Assembly (NCBI RefSeq): GCF_024521635.1
Contig: NW_026250415.1
Coordinates: 434,001-498,000, forward strand
Source: Tricharina praecox
Lineage: Eukaryota
Reading direction: 5' to 3'
DNA: 64,000 nucleotides
Shown here: piece by piece, positions 53,601 to 63,125 of the stretch
How the letters are laid out: every line of letters begins with the position of its first letter
How positions within the stretch are numbered: position 1 is the stretch's first letter
Translations under genes and position numbers: made by a program
The notes under the pieces: generated by a model
What the model was told of the DNA's origin: nothing
Databases searched by the model: none
Seen by the model: only the letters and a program-made list of their open reading frames with translations

Positions 53601-55851
53601 TCCAGATCAGAAGGACTCACAAGCTATCGAATCAAGCCAAACAGGCACCACTTAGCCGCCGTCATCGACATTTCCAGATCAGAAGGACTCACCGGCTATC
53701 GAATCAAGCCAGGCAGGCACCACTTAGCCGCCGTCATCGACATTTCCAGATCAGAAGGACTCACAAGCTATCGAATCAAGCCAAACAGGCACCACTTAGC
53801 CGCCGTCATCGACATTTCCAGATCAGAAGGACTCACTCTCTATCGAATCAAGCCAGGCAGGCACCACTTAGCCGCCGTCATCGACATTTCCAGATCAGAA
53901 GGACTCACTCTCTATCGAATCAAGCCAGGCAGGCACCACTTAGCCGCCGTCATCGACATTTCCAGATCAGAAGGACTCACTCTCTATCGAATCAAGCCAG
54001 GCAGGCACCACTTAGCCGCCGTCATCGACATTTCCAGATCAGAAGGACTCACAAGCTATCGAATCAAGCCAAACAGGCACCACTTAGCCGCCGTCATCGA
54101 CATTTCCAGATCAGAAGGACTCACCGGCTATCGAATCAAGCCAGGCAGGCACCACTTAGCCGCCGTCATCGACATTTCCAGATCAGAAGGACTCACTCTC
54201 TATCGAATCAAGCCAGGCAGGCACCACTTAGCCGCCGTCATCGACATTTCCAGATCAGAAGGACTCACTCTCTATCGAATCAAGCCAGGCAGGCACCACT
54301 TAGCCGCCGTCATCGACATTTCCAGATCAGGAGGACTCACAAGCTATCGAATCAAGCCAAACAGGCACCACTTAGCCGCCGTCATCGACATTTCCAGATC
54401 AGAAGGACTCACAAGCTATCGAATCAAGCCAAACAGGCACCACTTAGCCGCCGTCATCGACATTTCCAGATCAGAAGGACTCACCGGCTATCGAATCAAG
54501 CCAGGTGGACACCGTTTAATGGGTATCAACACTGCAGTGGTGGTGGCTGACTTACTTTAAGTCGTAGCGTCTAGAAAATGAGATCACATTAGCACCCCCT
54601 ATTTCTCTCTCCAGGGACATTCTTGGAGAATTCACTGCTCAGTTTGCTCGACCACCACATGCCAACGGCGGATTCGCATGAGCGCAGTTGCCTCATTCTG
54701 AGTCGCGTCTGCTGGAGCCTGAGCGCTGTCGTCTTCTGAAAGCTCCGTGATTCGCGGCTCTGACGATACTTGAAACCACGTCCCACAGATGGTACTTTGG
54801 GAAACACATGATAGTTTAGTATGGTAGAATCGCAACATCATCCGAAGTGTAGGTACCATCGAACCCGTTCAAGGTCATTGCCCTTGCCGTAGCCTCTATA
54901 CGCAGTGCGGCAACTAGGACACTCCTGTTCTGTTCCTCGAACCGGGTCTTGCTGCTTTTTCAGTCGCATAGACATGGAAAGGGTCTTGCCTGGTGATATG
55001 GTGTCTTCCCAGCTTGCCGGGGTAATCATTGCGGCGTTGTTATCTTCATCGAAGATTGCAAATGATTTGCTTTCAACCCACACGCTTTCCCGCCCGCCCC
55101 GGAAGCCTCCCCGTACTGCTTCGTGAAAGGCCTAGTGTATTGTAAGGTTCATACTTGACTGAGTACGCTTCGAACGAGGCTTGTACAAACCTCCCATGTA
55201 ACGCACCACTCGTACGGGAGCGTCATTTTTCTATCGAACGCGTCTACAAATCTGATGGGCTTGTTGTCGCTCCAATTATCAAGGCTTTGCGGAACTTGTG
55301 GCCGTTGCATACTTTGCAAGGCGACGCACATGTCTTCAATCCGATGCAAAGCTTGCCTGTAAACGTGAAAGAACCCGATTAGATCATGCATCGTCAGCGG
55401 CGGATACTGCCATCACCCACGCATTGTGAACGGCCAACAGCATCTCTATCGCTTCGATGTGCCCTTGGAGCCGGCGAAACAGCTCACTCGTATCGGCCTT
55501 CAGGCCCCCCCACTTCAGCTTTCGTGATGTATCTTTCACCTTCTTCCCCGATCCTCCTGGTGAAAGACTGGCATCGTATTTCTTGGTGATTTCGTCAAAA
55601 TTCCGTAGAAGCTGAGAACACTCGCTAAGGTGTTTCTTTGCCGCATTGGTGAAGGATTTCGGCATGGAGCTGGGTTTCGGGGACTGGAATTCAGCCTCCA
55701 CAATGGCAATGGTCGTTCCGAGGGAGCCCCGTATGAGCTTCAGAGTCTGGTAATTGGCGGAAGACCCTGTGCTGTCCTGGAGGCAGGCATATGCTTTGAT
55801 CGCGACATTGCTGGCGGCGATAAAATCGCCGATGCCGAAACCGAAAGACAT
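50617..55851 (-). CDS. HeLo-like-N (fungal STAND N-terminal type) + ubiquitin-like + Cys4 Zn-ribbon protein with 52 codon-sized microexons (58 exons, 442 aa if all included)
   Basis: Exons 55851-55421, 55356-55191, 55131-54857, 54794-54636, 54570-54556, 52 x 3 nt (54487-54485 ... 50815-50813, period 72), 50743-50617: 1329 nt, open throughout. N-terminus MSFGFGIGDFIAA...LSECSQLLRNF...RKLKW; IRFVDAFDRKMTLPYEWCVTWE...WEDTISPGKTLSMSM; CPSC...CTIC. The first four exons are secure; the microexon part is predicted from splice signals. Confidence 0.8.
50744..54555 (-). repeat. 72-bp tandem array: 69-nt intron + 3-nt microexon units (52 microexons, 53 flanking introns)
   Basis: Minus-strand unit GTGAGTCCTTCTGATCTGGAAATGTCGATGACGGCGGCTAAGTGGTGCCTG(TT/CC)TGGCTTGATTCGATAG followed by AGA x20, CTT x17, CCG x10 or AAA x5. 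Confidence 0.95.
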
Positions 55852-56421
55852 TGGAGGCGACGTCTAGGCTCAACGGTAGCGTGGTGGACTGTAGGTGGTG
55901 GTGGTGGTGGTGGTGGTGGAGTGCAAGGTGGTGGACTGTATCTTTGCTGCTGTTCTGTGGGCGGGGAAAGAACACCGCGGGGCCCGGGCGAAAATTCGGT
56001 ATACACTTATTTTTACTGCCGTGAGGGGTATGTATCTCGGCCAGTTTCACAGGATGTTGCATGAGTGCGGTACTGGTACATACTGTCCAACACGGGTTAC
56101 ATGATGATTGGCGCCACCAAGAACATTCACGGCTGACACTGCGTGTTTTCCGTCTACGGGCTCATCATCAAAAGACACAAAATAAACACGGTAGAGCCAA
56201 TGGACGACCTGTATACGCAAGCGCTCTCTTGATGCTTCGTCCGCTTTCGCCGATTGCAATAACTGCCTTCAGAAATCGAGATGTTCGTCCTATCATATCA
56301 ACTAAGTGAAGTGACTCCGACTCCTGTGCCCCGAACAGGTTTACACTCCGAGTCCGTCGCACTATGGCTCAGAAGTACCTCAAACAAAAAGCTCTGGGGC
56401 TGGTCATCACAATGGTTTCAT

Positions 56422-57440
56422 TCATCCGCTTCGGCATAACTCCCACTTGCGATACCTAGGTGAGTAGGTATGCATCCCAAGTGAAATCGACTTCAATTTC
56501 AATCGTAGCGACTCTGCGGCTTCTACCAGCATGATCACATCGCAAAACATCTCACTCTCTTGTATCTCATAGCAGCCGTAGTATCGTCTTAAGCCCCCAA
56601 GCAATGCTCGTCGAAGAGATCCTCTCCCCATCCTCTCTCCGAGTACCTCATACACCACCTCAGCCCCTCTCCCTTCTCAGCACCCCAATCAACGGCTTCA
56701 AGATGAGTAGTAGGCACGGGATAGCCGAGCCATATCCCAGTGAACATACTAACGTAATGCAGCGCCTCGGCGACATTCGCAATCTCCTGCCACCACTCAC
56801 ACCGCTTCTCGTCTCCTCTGTTAGCGACCACGAACCTCCAATCCACCATGTTTTCATCCTCCTCGAACGGAATATCCTTAAACTCCTTCACCTCGCCGGG
56901 CAAAATACACGATTAGTTTGTTAACTCCCGTATCTTCCAGAACAGTCCGGTAGAATAATCCCAGTCGAGGAGCGCGGAAGACGGCAGGAGGTCACAGCCA
57001 TGGCTAGCGACGGTGATCTTCTGTTCCGCCTGCAGCAACCGCTGGAAGGATTCTTCGGCCGGTCCGACAGCCTCACGGGAGACTACCATTCCGTCTGCGC
57101 CTCGTTTTCCGGCGATGTGGGAGTAGGGCGCGGGAACGGCGAGGGGTTTCTGCGAATCATCGTCGGTGCCGACGGACCTGCTGCGCGACGGGAAATCGCA
57201 GGTGTAATCGTTTTCGACAAAGAGGGGTACCAAGGTGTCGTGTAGGTGATGGTTGCGGTGCGATTGCAGTAGCTCGTCGAGTGGATTACTGAGAGTGGTG
57301 TGAGGGTTGGGGTATCGGGGTCGTTCGGGATGATCACCATCCGTCTCCCCCACCGCAGTATCCAACCGAGAATCAACGGCAATGATGGTGTGCGCGACAA
57401 TCCTCCTCACCGCCTTCCTCTTCGTCGGTTTGTCCTCTGC
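56422..57440 (-). pseudogene. Possible degenerate gene of unknown family
   Basis: Three consecutive protein-like minus-strand ORFs joined by an in-frame TAA (56915-56913) and a frame change near 56600-56660; no convincing introns found to remove them. Confidence 0.3.
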
Positions 57441-60327
57441 CTCAGACGAAGCCTACATATGAAGCTTCTAACGTTCGAACTGAGGAGGAGAGGTCCGGAG
57501 GGGGGCCATTGGGGCTGGAGGGTGGCTGTAGGACATGATTGGATTATACGTTTTAACGCGTCCATCGTGACGCATACTCTACCGGTACTTTATGTATGTA
57601 GGATGATTCATGTGTGTTGGCGCCTGCCGGGACCCCGCAATGCATGAAGCCACATTAAAATGTATGGGTCTCCGGCCGACGGGACTAAACTACTACCTAT
57701 GCAGTGAGTCACCGAGGCCAGAAAAAGGAATAATGGTTTTCAGGAGGATACTGTCGTTGGAAGAAGCTCAAAGTCAAATACGAGTTGCTAACTTGATAAC
57801 CTTGTTCTCGTATGTAGTATCACCACCTGCGATATTACTCTGGCCAATGGTGGTGGTGGTCCCGTATTATCTCCTGGTCTTACCGAGACCAAGATTCAGT
57901 ACATTTCAGCCGCCTTTTCCAGGTATTCAGTCTGCAATCGGTGCCTAAAAATTTCTTCACGGTCGCTTTGAACGAATGATCTCTAACACAAATTAGGCGA
58001 TGCGCGTGTAGAGCACCCATTCCATCTGGGAGGTTGAAATGTCAACGAATACGGCCCACCATTATTATGCGTCAGAGCAACTTCTACCCTGGGTTGAAGG
58101 CCATACCATAGGTATTGGCCCGATAACTGCTGGCCTTGCATGTTGCCCGCTAGTGGCATGATCGTCGACCTTTGGGGCCGTAATATGTAGCGGATGGGAC
58201 GCCGAGTTCCTTTTAAGGAAGTCTTGAATCGGGACGGACTTACTCGGAAGCTATGTAGACTCAGTGGAGCCGTACTATCTATAGTACATACCGTTAGCCA
58301 TCTTCGCTACGTTGTTAGGGCTGGAAGCTATCCACTGCGTCCGACAAGTGCGTTCGACAGCTGACTATAAAAAGCGGGAAGTCATTCTGAAAGGTGATGC
58401 CGGAGTTGTCTTTTTTAAGAGAAAGATTAGACGGGCGGCAGTGATGGCCGGTCACAATCCGCCACGCAGTTCCGACCCACTGTTCCGATGGTCACTGCGG
58501 TCTCGGTCCGTCTGTTATGTACTCTTGATGGCCATGGCATCAGAATGCCGCCCGATGCCGAATGAATCAATAGGACTCCATTTAGAACACCGAGTGAACG
58601 GCTATCGATTACCACCCAGCGCCCGAGGGGAGCGGCTACCAATCGCATGGAATAATATACGGATTGAATTGTGGGCTTACAAAATAATGGTTAATGGCCG
58701 TAAGTTTCTGCGCTGGGATTGACTTTTTAGCACTACGGGGCGACCCGTCATAGCCAATTCCCACCGGCCTAGTCGTTTGGAAAATTGAGTTGAATAGTAC
58801 CTTGTACCTCATTCACGTGAAAGCTTCCCTCCTAGTTTCGTGTGCCATTCAGGCCTACTTCACCATGGCCAACACCACTTGATTCGAGTGGCTCGTGGGC
58901 TTTATTCATCGATTAAATCATGGACGATCGCTCGAGATCACTCGAGATCATCGTGTGGCACTCAGGCTAGAACCCGCCCCCTTCTCAAGATGCACCAGAT
59001 TGAAGTGTGCAGTCTACAAAATATACACGAGACCGGACTGGTTGATCGGTACCGTGGAAAAAAGACCTATTGCGATTAACTGGTCTAAGGGTTCACAACA
59101 TCCGTCCCAGAACTTCTCAGTACCAGTGGGCGAAGTGGAGAGGACTATTGTTACTTTGCCTACTAGTAGTTTTGACGAAGAACATTGGAATAACATTCGA
59201 TAACCACACACTTTGCTTGGGCTTGGTCATTCCTTATGCTCGTCACCGGCGGTATCCGCCTGCGTAGTGAAGGCAAAGTAACTTTCGTACCCCTTTTTCG
59301 TCGAGCCTTTAGGGCCATCCGCAAATATTTGTGGCGGGTACGGATGTCAGGCCCTACAGCCTGAAGTTTGAACCCGATCGTCTATCAATACTGAGATTTA
59401 ACGCCCGACCACCGACTAGTCCGCCCATCGAAACATCGTCTAGAAGCGATCCACCACGTAGAGGACTACCAGACTGACGAGAGGGCGGGCTTCCTGGAAA
59501 TCCAAGAACGTGGGCGCACAGTCTCTTGAGAGTGCTTCACCAGAGCCCAGTTGAACACCTTTTTATCGCAGAAGTTGAGACGCTGTAACTACTGTATATA
59601 TGTACTCGATTTCTCCACCCCTGAACAAGATAGGTGTGCTTGATGTATGGATAGTATGGATATATATTGCCTTTCTACGTTAGATGGTGACAGTGCATGT
59701 GGCTCGGAGGGTGCTTCGCCACAGGTGTCTTGTGTGGATTTCATGAACGATCACTCCCTAGAAATCTGCATTCTGTTCTGTTCAAGCAGCGGAAACGAAG
59801 GTTGTTTATGGGAATTGATTCACTTTTGCATATTGTGTCGAAATGTGGGCTATTGAGTGCTCTGTCGAAGTGTATATTCTGAAAGTGTAATTGAGCCCTG
59901 GACCTGGCACGCCGCGAGTTGCTGCACGCTGCACGCTACCGAGCTTAGCTCGAACTGGTGGACGTCGCAACACCGCCTCGCCGCATTCTGACGACGATCT
60001 CTCGGAAAACAGGCAACTAACCCAACCAACCACCATTCATCCCCCACTCATACTACTTCAAACCTCAATCGCGCCCCAATCCGCCTCAATCCGACCTTGC
60101 GTTGCACAAAGCATCTCCACCCCGCCATCCCCCGCATTTCCCCTCAAATCCTTATTCTGGCAAGGTTATCCACCCGCCGCTTGCTACTTGTCTCCTTCCT
60201 CGTCCTTCTCCTTTCCACCATCACACTGGCGCCAGCAACCCGTCTCCTCTCACTGCTGGGTCAATTCTCCTTCAAAGCCAGAAATACTTTCATCCCATCT
60301 CGACTATTAACGACCACCTCTCTCACC

Positions 60328-62646
60328 ATGACACACCCGACTCCGCCGCCGGCACCCAAGTTCACCCACACGCCGGATTCCGTCATCTCCAACACCAAGC
60401 GTATCATCGAGTCATCGCGTACGGTTCAAGACAAAATCACGAAGGAGGTCACACCCGACAATGCTACATTTGGCGCCGTCCTCGAGCCGCTTGCCATCGA
60501 CGAGAACCACATGGGTCTTGAGGCTGCCATCCTCGGCTTCTACCAGCACGTCAGCACCGACAAAGTACTTCGTGATGCCAGTAGCGAGGCGGAGAAGCTT
60601 CTGGACGTTTGTTACCCTCCCCGCCCCCCCCCAGCTCTCGATTCGATGTGGTTGATTGATGTGTGGGGTTGGTTAGGACTTCGGCATCGAATCCTCGATG
60701 CGTGAGGACATCTACAAGCTTGTGTCGGCCGTCTACAAGGCGAACAAGGAGAAACCGATCGACGAGAGTCCTGAGGCTAGGCGTCTGCTCGAGAAGATGA
60801 ACCAGGATTATGAACGCAACGGATTGGGACTCTCAGAGAGTGATCGTGCGAGATTCAAGGAAATCAAGAAGGAGCTTTCTCTCCTGAGCATCGACTTCTC
60901 AAAGCGGCTGGGTGAGGAGAACGGCGGTATCTGGTTCAAGCCCGAGGAGCTCAAGGGTGTACCGGAGGATGTGATCTCTACATTCAAGAAGGGTAAGGGG
61001 GAGGACGAGGGGAAGTTGTTCTGCTCATTTAAGTACCCCGACCTTTTCCCCATGATGAAGTACGCCGTCAACCCGGAGACGCGCAAACAGGTATGTGCAT
61101 CATGGCGGGCCTTATGGAATGGAGATAGAGAAACCACTTTTATGCTCACATCCAGTGATAGGTGTTCTTAGGCAACGAGAACAAGTGCAACGACAACGTC
61201 GACCTCTTTCGCAAAGCCATGAAGCTTAGAGATGAGAAGGCACGCCTACTAGGCTTCAAGTCGCATGCCGAATTTCAGCTGGCTACCAAGATGGCTAAAA
61301 CTCCCGCAAAGGTGATGGAGTTCCTGAACGACCTCAGGTCCCGGCTACAGCCTGGAGGAAAGGAGGAGATCCATGGATTGAGATCCCTCAAGAAGGCTGA
61401 TCTCAAGGAGATCGGGTTACAAGATGACGGAAAGTACTACCTTTGGGATCACAGGTATGTCATGGTTGAGAGTTTGCTGCAACCTCATGGCTGATGGAGT
61501 CAGGTACTACGACCGCCTTTTGCTCGAGAAGAAATATCAACTCGATGCTCAAAAGATCGCTGAATACTTCCCTTTGACGCACACCATCGACGGCATGCTC
61601 AAGATCTTCGAGGTTCTATTCGGTCTAGAGTTCGTCGAGGTAACTGATGATAGCAAGAACGTGTGGCACGAGGATACCAAGCAGTTTCGCGTCTATAACG
61701 AGAAGCCCTCCGACGGCAGTGAGCAGACTTTTGTTGGTTGGCTTTACTTGGATCTGCACCCCCGAGATGGCAAGTACGGTCACGCGGCCAACTTCAACCT
61801 TCAGCCCGGCTTCACGGACGAGAACGGAAAACGCCACTACCCTGCCACCGCGCTGGTCTGCAACTTTTCCAAGCCGACACCAACCAAGCCGTCCCTTCTT
61901 AAGCATGATGAGGTGGTCACGTTATTCCACGAGCTGGGACACGGCATTCACGACCTTGTAGCTATCACCAACTACTCTAGGTTCCACGGTACGAATGTTG
62001 TCCGGGACTTTGTTGAGGCCCCCAGTCAGATGCTCGAGAACTGGTGTTGGACGGTATCCGAGCTCACATCGCTGTCAAGCCACTACAAGACGGGCGAGAG
62101 TATCCCCAAGGATATGATTGACAACATCATCCGTACCAAGAATATCAATGCGTCTCTCTTCAACCTCCGCCAGCTCCACTTCGCCTTCTACGACATGAAG
62201 GTGCATGACCTCGCCACACCAGAAGACGCTGAGAAGGTCGACCCCACTTCTGAGTACAACAACCTTAGGACGGATATCACCATGCTTGACCCGCCGAAGG
62301 GAATGGATGACCACTTCGGACATGGAGAGGCGACTTTCGGTCACTTGATGGGCGGGTACGATGCTGGTACGTCTCAAAGGAATTCACACATTGTTCCCCG
62401 TGCTTGAACTGACGAAATTTCATAGGCTATTACGGCTACCTCTGGTCGCAGGTGTTTAGTACCGACATGTTCTACACAGCTTTCAAGAAGGCGCCTATGG
62501 ATGCCGCTACCGGAAGGAGATACAGACATGCTGTGCTCGAGAAGGGTGGAAGCAGGGATGAGATGGATAGTCTGAAGGACTTCCTTGGACGCGAGCCGAA
62601 CAGCGATGCGTTCTTTGAGGATCTTGGACTAGGAAAGAAGGCTTAA
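60328..62646 (+). CDS. M3A metallo-oligopeptidase (thimet oligopeptidase/saccharolysin Prd1/MepB-like), 5 exons
   Basis: FYQHVSTDKVLRDAS, YERNGLGL, YLDLHPRDGKYGHAANF, HDEVVTLFHELGHGIH (HExxH), [49 protein letters not shown]. Confidence 0.95.
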
Positions 62647-63026
62647 ATGGTTGTTTGCCTGTGACTCTAGGGACTATGAATCGAAGCCTGTGGTGCATGG
62701 ATTGTAAAAAAAAACTGGCTATGGTGAGATATGTGTAGATGACCAAGTTTATGAAATTTTGTGACTGCAACATGGTAAGGCCGAAATCAAAGTGCAAGTA
62801 GAGGCCTATCGCACCAGCTTTTTGGCAGCCTTATGAAATCTGCACTAGCTAGAGTAGGTATACTACCTGACGACTAATCGCATACGACAGGGGATGGTTT
62901 GGATCAGCATAAATAGAATACAGCGCGAAGCTTTGTGAATCAGTGAATTATTGCATGCCTTACGTCTCAACCTGCATGATAATGTAAGCGTACGTAATAC
63001 AAGACCTGGCTCATGGTGAACCCAAT

Positions 63027-63125
63027 GGCAACGTGTCCGAGTGGTTAAGGAGTATGACTCGAATACTCTACAGTTAATGATATCATATGGGTTCGCCCGC
63101 GCAAGTTCGAATCTTGTCGTTGTCG
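63027..63125 (+). tRNA. tRNA-Ser (anticodon CGA), intron-containing, long variable arm
   Basis: Acceptor GGCAACG/CGTTGTC, TGTCCGAGTGGTTAAGGAG, anticodon stem TATGA/TCATA with CT-CGA-A plus about 18-nt intron, variable arm GGG-TTCG-CCC, T arm GCAAG-TTCGAAT-CTTGT, T6 terminator at 63131. Confidence 0.93.

Noticed and set aside
50744-54555. CRISPR array or plain minisatellite
   Set aside because: Eukaryotic context, only 3-nt recurring variable segments and no cas genes. A neutral minisatellite would not explain variation confined between AG and GT, nor the in-frame joining to the flanking exons.
50691-54560. 1289-aa + strand ORF of 24-aa repeats as a real protein or a KEP/dikaritin RiPP precursor
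   Set aside because: It starts at GTG with no in-frame ATG until the last 13 codons, and has no signal peptide, no KR/RR Kex2 sites and no recognisable DUF3328/UstYa neighbour. A stop-free 72-bp unit automatically yields a long ORF. The variable bases and array borders match minus-strand splice signals exactly. Antisense translation is not formally excluded.
57500-59900. Possible transposon relic or ncRNA
   Set aside because: No terminal repeats, transposase/RT motifs or known RNA motifs recognised by eye; needs a Dfam/Rfam search.
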